Shown here: one piece after another, positions 25,465 to 38,960 of the stretch
How the letters are laid out: every line of letters begins with the position of its first letter
Numbering within the stretch: the stretch's first letter is position 1
Notes under the pieces: generated by a model
Told to the model about the DNA's origin: nothing
The model's input: the letters and a program-made list of their open reading frames with translations, nothing else
Database searches by the model: none
From: Squalus acanthias
Taxonomy: Eukaryota
DNA length: 64,000 bases
Assembly (NCBI GenBank): GCA_030390025.1
Contig: CM059435.1
Span: 38,936,001 to 39,000,000, forward strand
Direction of reading: 5' to 3'
Program-made: the position numbers and the translations under genes

Positions 25465-28400
25465 CTGTGAGAAGACAAGCACAGTAACTACTTAGCGTTA
25501 AAGAACACCCATCATGCTCCTAAGCCATAGCAAACAGGCTTTACGATGCACACTATGGGGAGGATTCCCTCCATTTTTTTCCTGTAGTGAAATAGTTAAC
25601 CCACCAGTTATAAATGACTGTCACAAATAATGTACAAAGAAATCTTCCTGCAAGTTATATTTCACTCCATTCATCAAAATTTGATGAAAAGGCAGAGAAT
25701 ATCAAGTAGAAAATGAAGCTTCATTCTCACATATACTTCTTTTTACTAAAATTGGTGGAAAATATAAAACAGCTGAAGGAAATATGGCAAGTACAGCACA
25801 AGCTGACAGGGCAAATCACCCAAAAATAAAACATTTCATATTAGCCATTTTTATTTCTAGGCCGAGATAGATTATTTGAATTTTTTGACCTGGTTTCCAG
25901 TCCTCTGATCATTTGCCATAACCAGACATGTCAAATAGGGTCAACTTCTCCTCCCTGCAACAACAGTTCCTCAACTGCCCAGCTGAAATCAGAACATCGT
26001 ATACAAGTCTGCTTCTTTCCACAATGCATTAGTGAATAGAGCCTTTAACAGTGACTAGGGGGGGTACCACATCAGAATTCTTAAAATGCCACTTATGTTT
26101 ATAGTGTCATAGGAGCAATAATAGTCGTAATGTCTGGCAGAAATTCTACTCATTTATAAATCACACTTGTCTTCAGTGCCGCCTTTGGACATGCAAACTT
26201 TTCTGATCAAGACAACACCATTTTATAGTTTCAGCAACCAGGAAGGAAAAACACAGCTGGTCCCATTCCCTACTAGTTGTTTTTAAAAGTCTGGTTGTAA
26301 AACAGCTTCTCTTCTCTACTTTCCTTCCCGCTCCCCTACCAGTCAGATTAAAACTGGTCAACAAATGCAGGCAAGCTAAAAGCAATTAAAACCCATTTTA
26401 AACAGGCAACCAGATTTTGTCACTGTTAATTGACGATTTGGAATCTGCCAGCATTGCACTGGCAGGAACCTGCACTTAGTTAAAATCTGTAATAAACCCA
26501 AAGTTGTTTTTCAGGAATGCAGCTCCCATCTGCCCACTATAAACAAGGAATCAAATACCTTTTTACAAATCCTTTGTGGCCCCAAACAGATATGCAAGTG
26601 CTCACTCAGGAAGTACAGCTACTCAAAATAGATAGTAGCATGTCCAATTGGATTTTAAGAGTTCTGTTTCATATATGCAATGCCAGAAACAGCTCTAACA
26701 AAACGGATCCAATAAGTTTCAAAGACAAATTTCAATTTAAAATGCAAAAGAGAAGTTGTACTACATAAATATTTGAAGAGAGATGACATGATGCAGATTC
26801 ATGCACTGCAATTCAACTCTTTCCCCCTTCCTCCAGAAGGATGAATGAAAATCAGACAGTGAGAAACATACACGAGAGAAGAAACAGAATGATCTGTAAA
26901 GCAATCGAGTGGAAAACAGGAGACGGTCAAGTGGCACATGTGGATAGACCAGCAGGGGTCACTAATGGCGACTCAACTGTAGCACCCCTATTACCATCTG
27001 GCTGAGATCAACTAATTTTACACAGATGAGAGTCTACCTTGGGCTCCTTCATGCTCTGCTTTTTCATGCTCTGTAGGGCTCGGTGCTGTGCCATCTGTCA
27101 ATTTACCCAAGGCATCAGGAGTGCATTAACGGAAGTATAATCCCAATGAGAAGGGACCACCCCCCCCCCAAGTCCTGCCACCAGGAAAAGATGCCAATAT
27201 TGCACAAGCTCCCAGGGTTTCCACAAGACACCATAACTCTGTACACCAAGTCACACACTTACCACATGTGATGTGCATCACGTATCAGAGGCAAACTGAA
27301 GTAAACAGGTTCAATTTGGATTGTTTCTAAGTGGTTACAAATTCCTGAATATTTTATCTTAAACAGCATTCCACAAGTTAAATTTTACAAGGGATGACTG
27401 TTTCTGTTTACAACTTTAACCACTTGCTTGGAATTTCATCCGAAAGGAAGACAACATGCCTTTAAATGGAAGAAACTAAAAATTAAACGACAAACAGATC
27501 AACTTAATTACGGCCAGTTAAGTCCATTAGGAAATGCCTGAAGGTATTGTCAGCAACTCTAAATAATCACTAAACATCTGTGCATTTAACATACTTTGAA
27601 ACAGGATAATCTGAAATGCCCAGAGATCTTCTGTATTCTCTTCTCTCCTCACCTTCCTTTTCTTCTCTACAAGTACCACCTAAAGAGCAAACCTTCCATT
27701 TAAATAGCCATTTAACAGTAGAACCTTAACTTAGTAAGAATGGCCAGCCTGTTGCAGGTAGCCCACACACACACACACAAAGCCTCATCTGGCAGTGACG
27801 AGCACAATATAGGTTTATAAAATCATCAGTAATCTACTATTTGCACTGAAGATTGCTCCATACTCAAAGCGTTCTTGGTCAAAGCTCACATGAATAAAAG
27901 ACCACATGGGCAGGCTATCAGAGGCCACTCAGCATCCATGGAATTGTACCCTAGCATGGAGAAAGAGAGGAGCAGGATGGAGAAGGGAGGAAAATACATA
28001 ATCTGGCAAAAAAAAAGTTTGTAATAGACCCAAAGTATCATGAATATGGGGTGGGGTGGGGACCGAGGAGCAAATATAAAAAAAAAAGAGTCTAATGTAA
28101 AAGTTTACCCCCCCCCAAAAAAAAAGTACAGTGGAAGGGTGAAGAACGTTTCAATCCAATACGATGACAGCTCTCTTTATTGCATTCCAGTCAAGCCTCC
28201 TTGCAATGAGTCCTAATGAAATGTTGTACAGTGAGGTTTGTATTGCCCATTTACTGTAGAGGGAGCTGTAAACACATTGGACTGGTTAAATTGTGGGCTG
28301 CAGGTCAGCTACTAAAAACTGCAGGACAGATATTAACTCATACAAGCAGTTCATGGGTTGAAACAAGGAGGAAAAAAAATGTTAATTTACAGTAAAAGAC

Positions 28401-28549
28401 AAATAAAGTTATATCCTGGATTAAGATAATTAGAGCAAGGGACATGTTGCTGTGGGGGAAGGGAGAAGTACACACTGGTCACTGTAGGTGGCTGTTCAAA
28501 GAGCTCAGCTCTGGTAACATGGCATTAAATGAAGATGCCCCATTACTGC

Positions 28550-28905
28550 AGCCTTCCACCCTCCGTAAACTTCAATTCATCCAAAACTCTGATGCCCATA
28601 TCCTAACTCGCACCTAGTCCAGGTCTCCAATCACCCCTGATCTACATTGTCTCTCGGTCCAGCAACACCACAAATTTAAAATGCTCACCCTGGTTTTCAA
28701 ATCCCTCCATGGCCTCACCTCTCCATAGCTGTGTAACCTCCTCTCCAGCCCTACAACCCTCAGATCTCTGCGCACCTCCGATTCTGGCCGCTTGCGCATC
28801 CCCGATTTCCATCGCCCCATCATTGGCGGCCATGCCTTCAGCTGCCTAGGCTCCAAGTTTTGGAATTCCCTCCCTAAACCTCTCCACTGGTCTCTCCTCC
28901 ATTAT
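28550..28905 (+). mobile_element. L2 LINE fragment
   Basis: KLQFIQNS, FKMLTLVFKSLHGL and AFSCLGSKFWNSLP. Confidence 0.82.
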
Positions 28906-29422
28906 GACGCTCCTTGGTCACCTGTCATGTGGAGTGTGCCAAAGAAAACATCCAAAAAATTTAATCCCTTGCATCATGACTGCCTTCATTAAGGCCAGAT
29001 TCAAAGAGTGTACGAAAAAAATAAAATCTAGAAACTGGAGTAACAGAATCCTCCGCTCCTCCAGAAAGTATACAAGTGTAGAAACTGTATGAAGTAGGTC
29101 CACTATACAGAAAGAGAGCCAAGCGCTGACCAGTCACATAAATCAACTACCTAGAAACAATTGGTGGCAGACTCAGTCCAGTCTCTTCAGGATAAGATGG
29201 GAATGAAGAGAGAAAAACAACATTAGGCTCTGCTGTGATGCCTCACAGTCAAAAAGCCTGCCAATACACTATCTAGATTCATACATGACAAATGTCACTT
29301 GGGCGAGATACTGTTTGTTACCAAACACCTGTGCAACTGTACACCTCAGGAAGGGGAAGAGAGTGGGAGGAGAAGAGCAACCGCCCTTGGAAATGTACCC
29401 TTCCACAGATCACAATCTTCAC

Positions 29423-29443
29423 CACACACACACACACACACAC
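29423..29443. repeat. (CA)n microsatellite
   Basis: Read directly from the sequence. Confidence 0.9.
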
Positions 29444-30157
29444 AACACGGGACTAGATTAAACAATTAATGTTATATCAGATCATGAGTGTTTTACTCTG
29501 CAACATTAACAAAAAATGTGCAACTATCAAGGCAGATATTCTTTCTGGGGAGATGGGGGATTCTGTATGAACACCCAAAGAGGGATCCCCACTTGACATT
29601 CTGAAAAAAAGGTCATTTCCCATGCACTTTGGATTCTTAAAACACTGCACTTTGACTCTTCAAATATAAATATCTATTAGGAGATTCTGTATGAATAGAG
29701 TGCATGTTCGTTGGACTTTAACCCAGTAGGGCAGTGTTGCAATTTTGTATTACAAAGCCCTGCTCACACCAACATTCTAAACCCACACAGAATCTGAATG
29801 AAGAAAGCCATCACATTACAACTTCATCCACCCTGGGGATCTGCAGCCCAGGCTAAGCAACTTACTAGTTTAAATGATACTGCCAAGGTAATGAGATTTT
29901 TTATTTTTTTTAAAACAGAAAATGCGGCAAGTACACAGGTCAGTCACTATTTATAAAAGAAAACAAAACAGGGTAAAACACATCAAGTGTGTACGCTTCA
30001 GAGTAGAAGAAAGGTACACACTTGAAAGGTCAAAATCCATCTTTTCTCTTTACAGCATTTCCTGTTTTAATTTCAAATTTGCAACATTTACAGTTGAAGG
30101 CAATGGGTTAGTTACTTCTCGTCACTTTCTCGTGAAAAAAGTGACCAGCAATCTCAA

Positions 30158-30532
30158 GAAAGAACAAAAAGCATTTATAAAGTGCCTTTCACAACCTCAG
30201 AACTTCCCATTGCAACCAATGAAGTACTTTTGAAGCACAACCACTGTTGTAATGTAGGAAATGCAGCAGCCAATTTGTGCATATCAAGGTCCCACAAACA
30301 GCAATGAAATAAATGACCAGATCATCTGTTTTAGGTGTTGGTTGAGGGATAAATATTGGCCAGGACACTGGGGAGAACTCCCCTGCACTTCTTCGAATAG
30401 TGCCATGGGATTTTTTATGTCCACCCAAGAGAGCAGACAGGGCCTCAGTTTAAATATCTCATCCGACAGTACGGCACTGAAGTGGCAGGCTAGATTATAT
30501 GCTCAAGTGTCTGGAGTGGGGCTTGAACCCAC
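30158..30532 (-). mobile_element. Deu-domain SINE, second near-complete copy
   Basis: Reverse complement aligns by eye along 18815-19203. Confidence 0.8.
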
Positions 30533-33321
30533 TGTAGGCGAAATTAACAGATTTCTGCACACCTGCCTGGTGAAAATATCGATGGCCACGAGGTGGTGCT
30601 TTCCCCAGAGATTATCCAATAATTGTTTTGTTGAATCTTCAATTACACTTGCTGTAAAGCCTGAAGCACAGTTAGCGGTTCAAAAAAACATTTTGGCAAG
30701 AAGTCAGCTTCCCCCTGCCCAATTTTCTTTTCTCCATAAAAAGTTGAATTTCTCTTTGGGGTTAGGTACTACAGGCGCTAGTCACCCTCTGGTGTCTTAT
30801 CCAAGTTGCCACTATTCATGCACAGACCTGGACCTCAAGTATTGGCAGGCCATTCAATCAATCAATCAGTGGTGGTGGTGGAGGGGCAAGTAGAGAGACT
30901 TTTATCAGAGCTGGCTGAATCAACATCCATACATGCACACTTCAGTCGGAGTCGCTGCATAGTGATCAGAAGTGGGAACCACCAACCGATTTCCTTTACC
31001 TTCGTTCAGGGATGGAGGCTAATTGTAGCATTCTGGGCAATATCAGCTAACTCACCACTGACTGGGGTTGAAACTAGAAATCGTCCTGGACTACATTACC
31101 ACTCAAATGAGCACTTGCGACAGCAGCATGCAACAGTGTGTGTGTTGCAAGCATGTCCATACAGCAGCTTGTTCCAGACACTTAGCCTGTGGTTGAGGTA
31201 GCACCGGATAGGTGCATTTTATGTCATGTCTCTTACCGATTTGTATTTCTTTGGACATGTAAACAAAAATTTTAGATGCTGCAAGTAATAAAATTGATAT
31301 AATGTTGAAAAGACAAGGCTGTATGGAATTAAGTGCAGCAAAACAAGCACGTTCACATTCCTGCTTGCAAACAGTCCAAAAAAATTTTGCTTTAAAAAGG
31401 AGTCTTTTATCATACACTTTATAAAGAATAAAACTATTAACAGTTCGCGTTAAAAAAGTGTCAATTGTATAAAGATAAATGCATAGAGAAAAAGCTAGAA
31501 AATCATTAAGGGAAAATAACCCACATCTTTCACCTGCCTCTCCCCGGACCAGAACGATTGAAAGATATTCCTATTTGCACCCCTCAGTATAGCTTATTGC
31601 ATGATGTTAGCTGAAGCTTAGAAAGCACAAGTTGCAAACTGAAAAAAGACAAACACTGAAATCCTCACAGCAGTGAAAAAATCTACCTACAAGTGTGAAT
31701 GAGGTGAAGCAATCAGGTTAGCTTTAGATGCGAGCTTACAGCAGTCACTATGCAATTAATTACTTCAAGAGATTCGAGTGAACACTTAGAAAATGACTGT
31801 GGCAAGCTACTTGGCTATTTGCACTGCTATTCACAACACCCATGCTCACCTTCCCACCCTGTGCAGAGCAGACCCCAGTCTGCACGTGACTATCAGACAT
31901 ACTACAATGTGCACAGGTTAACTTTGGATACATATTTTAAGAAGGGGCACTTCAGTACAAGTCAGAATTACCGCAAGTCACAAAAACTGGTTTCATATAG
32001 AAACATGTGGTTTACTATAACATATACTGAGCATTTCATTTTTGCTCAGAGGACCAAGAAATCAATTTATCATATGGGGAAGTGCAGCAGTGACCACAAA
32101 GGACTGCAGGCAATGAATGCAGTGAGCAGCTCCCATTTGGCAGGTACTATCCTCAGTTTTCACATCCAGTGACTGGAACGCTGTACTTCACTTACACTGT
32201 AGTTGAATGACTGGGACAGGTATTTAATGGTGTGCGGAAAAAAAAGAGGAACTAGATAGAAATTACAACAAGGAAACAGGACATTCGACTGTTTATCCTC
32301 CACACGAGCAGTAGTTCTAATCCCATGCGCCTGCTCTGTTCCAATATCCTTTTAAGCCTCAAACCACCTGTCTAACCTATTCTTTAGGCAGAGGAGAAAC
32401 ACAGACACCATGCCCAGCAATATCACAGGACCCCAATTATTAGATTACCATTCTGCAATGTACTTTCGGAAACACTAAGGCACCCTCTGCTAACTACTGC
32501 TGTCGGGGTTTACTGTAACTGTACAGGATGTGATGAGTGATTTGAGTTTCGATAGAGGACCAATCAGATCGATTACTCTTTTACTGGGCAGAGAATGGGT
32601 GCCCTGGAGAGGCTTTGAAGAACGTGTGCATTCTTATTCTGACTGTACAGAATTTCGCAGCTTCAGTACTCCATTTGAATAGTAACTCTGAACCAGTCAG
32701 ATTCCAGTAACAGGCCCCAGTAAAATGCAGATCTGCACAGGTTTCTTGTTTTTCTCAGGTCTCTATAATTATGTTTTATAACATTTAAACACCCAAAGGA
32801 ATTATGCTCTTACGTAAAAAGGAGACCATAGTGTGCTCGTAAAGTTCACAGCCTATAATTCCCCACGGCACACAGGATCCTCAGCCAGTGTTCATGGAGG
32901 CACACACCAGCATTTCCGTATATAAAAAAAGCAAAACAAAAACTACAAAAAGAGGCAAGTGTAAATTTTGAAAACAGATCTTTTATTCAGACGGTATAAG
33001 CCAATTGCATTCACCCTCACAGTTCATTAGAAAATTGGTGAAGGCCTTCACGGTAAAGAGCTCCTCTTTGGTATACATAGTGTCCAACTGCTGCAAACAT
33101 GCTCAGTTTTATGTTGTAAATGCGCAAAATATGTATAAACAGTATTCTTTGGGGTGGGAAATCCAGCAGATGTAATTTGGTAGCGAGGGCAGAAGATTTA
33201 TATCTACCACAGAGGCAACGGCTATGCTATTCAAGATGCGGAGATGCCGGTGTTGGACTGGGGTGGACAAAAGTGAGAAGTCGCACAACACCAGGTTATA
33301 GTCCAACAGTTTTATTTGAAA

Positions 33322-33359
33322 TCACAAGCTTTCGGAGCTGCTGCCCCTTCGTCAGGTGA
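33322..33359 (-). ncRNA. Minimal hammerhead ribozyme motif (mirror copy, sense to SALL4 pre-mRNA)
   Basis: Exact reverse complement of 33372-33409 in the other hairpin arm. Confidence 0.7.
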
Positions 33360-33371
33360 AGTGACTTCACT

Positions 33372-33409
33372 TCACCTGACGAAGGGGCAGCAGCTCCGAA
33401 AGCTTGTGA
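33372..33409 (+). ncRNA. Minimal hammerhead ribozyme motif (PLE type)
   Basis: UCAC-CUGACGA-A-GGGGC(AGCA)GCUCC-GAAA-GC-UU-GUGA: stem I UCAC/GUGA, both conserved core boxes, 5-bp stem II, and palindromic AGCU in place of stem III. Confidence 0.7.
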
Positions 33410-34224
33410 TTTCAAATAAAACTGTTGGACTATAACCTGGTGTTGTGCGACTTCTCACTTTTATGCTATTCAAGACAACAGTCTGTGCAGAATTTCCAAA
33501 TCAACCAAAATAGGTCCATTAAAAAAAGGTAAAAAAAAAAAACTTACATTTTCAAAAAAAGCACCTTTTGTGACCTCAGGCCAACCCAGGAACATCACTG
33601 CCAATGAAGTACTGCTGAATTGTAGTCACTGTTGTAATGTAGGGAAACACAGCAGCCAATTTGCACAAAGCAAGGTCCCACAAGCAGCAATGAGATAAAT
33701 GGCCAGATAATCAGGGCACCGGTAGAACTCCTCTACTTTTCTTCAAATAGGGCCATGAACAAAACATTTTCAGAAACAGTTTCTAAACTATAGAGCCCCA
33801 ACCAAGGCCACACTGCTGCAGGTAGCATATTAGCAGAACCATCCAATCACACCTGGTCACTGCATAAACAGAGGCTTTGGGATCAGAGAAATATTGAGTA
33901 GATACGATTCTCATGCTTCCCTACATTACAAACAGTGGACTACACTTCAAAAGTACTTCATTGGCTGTAAACCACCTTGGGACATCCTGAAGTTGTGAAA
34001 GGTGCAATATAAATGCAACTTATTTCTCTTTTCACGGTGCTGGTCCTCTTCTAGGTTGAGGCACTAAGACCATCAATACATGTCTCTAAAATCTATTAGG
34101 ATAACTATTTAAATAAGTTTGCTTGTTTAAAGCTTTATTGCTTCCATGCTACATCCCACTTATGGTAGATACAGAACATAAAGACTACTTTTGGGAAGAA
34201 TCAATTGCATATATTGTTGTGCAA

Positions 34225-34620
34225 GCTCCCCTGATGGCTCATTGTGCTTATCCAGCAAGTAGCAAAGCCATTCAGAGAAGATGGCTCCAAATTTCACCCT
34301 GCTCTGTGCTAAGTGATGGTAGCAGCACTACATTTAGTCTCAGCATCCTTACTGGCTGGAGATAGAAAAAAAATCAGTGTTATCACTCCTGATTGCTATC
34401 CAATAATTCTGGCTAGAAATGTACATGTACTGACATCACATCACACGAGAACAGAAACAAGCTATTCCCCTGCCTCTTGCAGTAACTTCCTAATACTTAC
34501 TGTCTTGGCTCACACATGAAGAATAATTACTTGAATGAAGTACCAGAGGGCTCATGGAACTGAACCTAACAATGCCCTCAAGAGCTGGAGGGAAAACTGG
34601 CAGAAAGAAAGAGTAGACTC
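34225..34620 (+). mobile_element. Old abundant SINE family (representative copy)
   Basis: Shared blocks (ctcctgattgctatcca; ggctgtgatgccc; atgaagaatggccacttgggtgaggtact) recur at about 580-950, 5300-5680, 22140-22450 and 29170-29380, and inverted at about 8090-8500, 9500-9750, 12900-13260, 21300-21570, 38990-39340, 54260-54765 and 61980-62345. Family not identified. Confidence 0.55.
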
Positions 34621-37589
34621 AGGAAAGGAGGAAGGAGAGAACTGTTTTGCAAGACTCCCTAGTACAAATAATGGATGTTACACAGATTTATGATTAGTGC
34701 AAAAGCCATACAGTTCCCAGAATACAGTCAAATTTGTGTTAAACAAATTGCCCAATTATACTTAAATGAGAAGCAGGCTGTTTAGACGTGCAAGAGATAT
34801 TCCAGCCATTGCAATAAGAGCACTCCTCTCTCTTCCTCCCCACCCCCCCACACCCCACACACCAAAGCATCCCCATTCTGACAGAAGAATTGTACCATTC
34901 AATAGGAGCAGTTAGCACATCACCACATACTCCACTCATACACAACACTGAAGCTGACCAATGAAACCTATTTCCTTTTAACCTCCTGTAACAAGATACT
35001 GTATTCAGACCCTCAGTTCCCCAATATATACACTTTACAGAGTCAAAAGGAAAGCAGCTGAACACTGTAAGCCAGTTAAAAGCCTGAGAAGAAACAGTTG
35101 TCTTTGTCTCATTAGTGAGGCTCTCTGAACTTCCTGCACAGATTATAATCAGTGTTCTTACCCTCACTGGAGGCTGCTAGTCAGGTCCCTGTTGGCTCCG
35201 ATGTCTCAGATAAGGTCAAATAAATTAAAGCAATTCATTGATTTGGAAACTGTTAAGTAGAACAGACAGAGATATTCTGGTCTTGTACAGTACACATCAG
35301 TCCAGTACATAGAGAACAGCAGCAGGTTTCACAATGGAAACTAAGCCCCTGTTCTTATGGTACATTAAGTTTTTAAATAATTAAAACCTAGAGTTTGGGA
35401 GTGGTGTCCCTCTCCTCACAGGGAGTCTGTTAGTCATCAAGATAAAAGTAGAGAAATACTGCATGTTAGAAAGCCCATCACCCATTTCACAAAAATCATT
35501 GTATTATTCATATTTTCTGAAACACTACAAGTTCATGTTCAAATATTTAGGTATGATCCCTGCCTTCTAATTTTCTAACAAATGCTCACATGTTGCTAGA
35601 TATCCAAGTCTCAAAGATACTAACTAATTGTGTACAGTGCATTAACCAGGCACCAACAAAGTTTCCCAAAAATCACCCCAAACTTTTAAAATTGTTACTT
35701 GCAAGACAACAATTAAAAAGCCAATTGGATTGAAGTAAACCAGATCCAAAGAACACTTGTTGCCGTCATAAAGAAGTTTTTCTTTTTATGGATGCGAGTA
35801 GCAGACACGGCACAGCACTGACTAGTGTTTCATGCTCCACTTCACACAGAGGTCAAACGCCCTCTAATAATACAGGTTGCTTTCAGAAACTTAAGGAGCA
35901 TGCCTGGCTTTAAACAATTAACCAATAGTGCAGCTTTCCAACAAAAAAGTAGTTCTACACTTTAACCATTAAAAACTAGAACAAATTAGTCCTACCTTAC
36001 ACCAGTGTTGAATCTGACCACATAGGGTGGAGAGCGACACTCAAAGACATTGTGAAGAGAAAAAAAACTTCACTTCATTGTTTTTTTCCTATTCTTTTAT
36101 CTAGATCCTAGAATTTCAAGAATGTAATCTCCAAGCATCCTGTAATCCAATAAATGTTGGGAATGCACCAAGCTCAGCAGGGAATTGAGAGCCAACTGTT
36201 GCCAAATGGTATTAAGACAAAAAGAAAGCATTAACTGATTCCAACAGGGCCAATGCAAAGATAAGGGCAGCATTATACTTCAGTCAACTCACAGAACAAT
36301 TAAAAAGATGTTCAAATTAACAGTTTAAATACCCTTTCAATAGCATAAAACTGCAGTTAAAATGGAAACAAAATGCCCTCAAGAAAGGGGGGGAAAAAAA
36401 GTTACCTTGAGGGTGTACATAAACCAGATTACATTTAAACTTTTAAAGAAACAAACTAGATAACATAAGACATTTAACACAGAGGCAGCAACTGCTTAAG
36501 TGATTTAAGTAAACCAGCAGTGAAAAACTGTACATTTACCACTGCGTACAATAATATTTCTGGACGCACTTTATGATTGAAAAATTATCAATCTTAATTA
36601 GGTCTCAAGGAACTTTTAGGCAAAGTATTAAAATAATGTCCAAATCCCCGATGGAAAAAAGGTTATATTTCATACATGAAAGTGGCAGCATTTCCCATTT
36701 GGAACTACGGAAAGCTTTTTTCAAAACTTTCATTTATAACCCATATTATTTTGCATCAGAATACTGGACAACATTTGACTTCAATCTCCTGGTTAAATGC
36801 AAGGATAGAATTCTACCTCCCTTTCTCTCGTCACTCAGACATCTTACTTTTAGGATTGCAGGTGAATAACCCAAGCAGAATTTAACCCAAGATTTAAAAA
36901 AAATATATATACACAACATGCTTAAGACGTTAAACAAGATTTTGTACAGGAAGCACTTTTTTTTAGAAAAAGGTAAACCTTGCAGTTAATGAAGCAAAGA
37001 CCAATGACTAAATAAACATCACCTTGGGTAAATGAAAGAAATGCAAGGCGTTTAGCTCCAATGCTTGCATTCCAAACACACTACCCCTTTCCATCTTGAA
37101 GTCTATATTCCACCTATAGTACAGGATAAAGAAAATGCTGTCCTTGCCAGAGATCAACTAAGCAGAATTTAAGTGGTACAAAGTAAAATTAACATAACAT
37201 GCCACTTACCAAACCAATACAGAAAGCTGGTTAGTGCTAAAAATTGCAACGCCAACAATTTTTTTTAGAAAAATTAATTAAAAATTGTGGAACTATACCG
37301 CCAAATAGCATGCCTAATCTCCTTAAGCAGAGACTGGATCGCCTGCTGGGGGCAGAATGCTGAAAGCTATCTCTCTGATAAACATCTGTTCTACTGGTGT
37401 GCCTTTACACAATGACTGCAACTAGAAGGATCAACACAGGAGGGCACCCAAGTCAAGCAAACAGTGCAAAAAGTGTCTACAGGTAAAGTACTGATACGGT
37501 CATGAAATTAAAAATTACAAGAGGATACCTGTTTAATTCCCAGCTTTTCTTTAACAACATGCACCCTTCCCCAACTCTTGAGATCTGGG

Positions 37590-37870
37590 TGGGGCAGTGC
37601 AGTGTTTTAAGGCCCTGGCCTTTCACCTCTGGGACCCGTGATAAAATCCAGCCCTGATTGATCGGATCAAAGTCTCCTCTGTCTGCAAGGAGACGATGTG
37701 AAATGAGTTTGGACAGTCTCAATCCGGTTCCTAGTGGCATGGGATGACAGCATAAAACTACCCCTAATTGACAATCTCACTCACCAATGGCTGGTGTGGA
37801 AACTGGAAGCTCTTGTGTTGAAGCAAGTTAAGGGAAGCCAACTCTGCATCTGGCTGTGCCTTACTTGGGA
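37590..37870 (+). mobile_element. LF-SINE-like tRNA-derived SINE
   Basis: Blocks gcctttcacctct, aaatccagccc and atgtgaaatgagtt...gtctcaatccggttcctagtgg occur in the order I recall from the LF-SINE consensus. A more decayed copy is at about 21790-21915. Confidence 0.55.
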
Positions 37871-38464
37871 GTACCTGATGCGGACACCAAATGCCTGAAA
37901 TGGGAAGACTTCCATTCTCCCACCACAACATCCTTCACTTTGATGAGCACAAAAATTTGAACCAGGGCGGGGGCGAGAAATGGTGCGACCTTGCATATGG
38001 GAAATCATTAACATTCGGAACGCAAGTGATTTGTGTAAAAAGATGTACACAGTGCAAATACCGGCAGAATGGAACCAATTTCATTTGGAGGAATACCCAG
38101 TTATAAAAAGCATCTCTGCACACATTGGAGAATACAGTACTACTGAGAGCAGTCACTTGGATATTTTACCAGTTGCTCAGTCAAAATTGCAGATATCACC
38201 ATCATTTGGCTAAAACTACTAGACTGTCTAGTTATTCAGGGCTGAGGCTGGAATGAAAGAAATGGGAGGGGGAAAAAAAAGTTTCCAAAACCAAATACCT
38301 ATTGCACTTTATTCACAGCATTCCTATGCAAACAATGCATGAAGAATGCCTTGCTGTTGGTCAAGTGCTGCACTTTAAAATGTGCACCCATTTCATATTA
38401 ATAGCTACAAGAATTGTTCCACAATTAAGGCCAACTACATACATACATATATATATATATATAT

Positions 38465-38960
38465 ACATATATTGCCTTTAACGTAAATGTCCCAAAGCGC
38501 TTCGCATAAGCGTTATCAAACAAAAGTTGACATTGAGCCACACAAGATAGTAGGACAGACGACCAAAAGCTTGGGCAAAGAGGTTGGTTTTAAGGAGGAG
38601 AGAGGTAGAGATACGGAGGGATTTAGGGAGGGAATTTCAGAGCTTAGGGCCTAGGCAGCTAAAGGCACGGCCGCCAATGGTGGAGCGATTAAAATCGGGG
38701 ATGCGTAAGAGGCCAGAATTAGAGGAATGCAGAGATCTTGGGGGCGGCGGTGGTGGTTGTAGGGCTGGAGAAGGTGAGAGAGAGAGAGGCCATGGAGGGA
38801 TTTGAAAACAAAGATGAATTTTTTTTATTTTTTTTTAAACGAGTTGTTGTCTAAAAGGAAGTCAATGTAGGTCAGGGTGATGGGTGAATGGGACTTCATG
38901 CGAGTTAGGATACAAGCAGCAGAGTTTTGGATGAGCTTAAGTTTATGGAGGGTTGGAAGC
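38465..38960 (-). mobile_element. L2 LINE 3' fragment
   Basis: Reverse-complement similarity to 28550-28905 and 6551-7050; a TA microsatellite has expanded at the tail. Confidence 0.82.

Larger units (their letters stand above)
33237..33461. mobile_element. Penelope-like element fragment with inverted pseudo-LTR (hairpin) structure
   Basis: Perfect 96-bp inverted arms (33269-33364 / 33367-33462, 2-nt spacer), flanked by the 14-bp direct repeat TATGCTATTCAAGA (33223-33236 / 33462-33475). Carries a hammerhead core, as is typical of PLE repeats. Confidence 0.8.

Noticed and set aside
30261-30893. 210-aa plus-strand ORF
   Set aside because: It starts in the antisense strand of a Deu-SINE and has no recognisable domain; a chance ORF.
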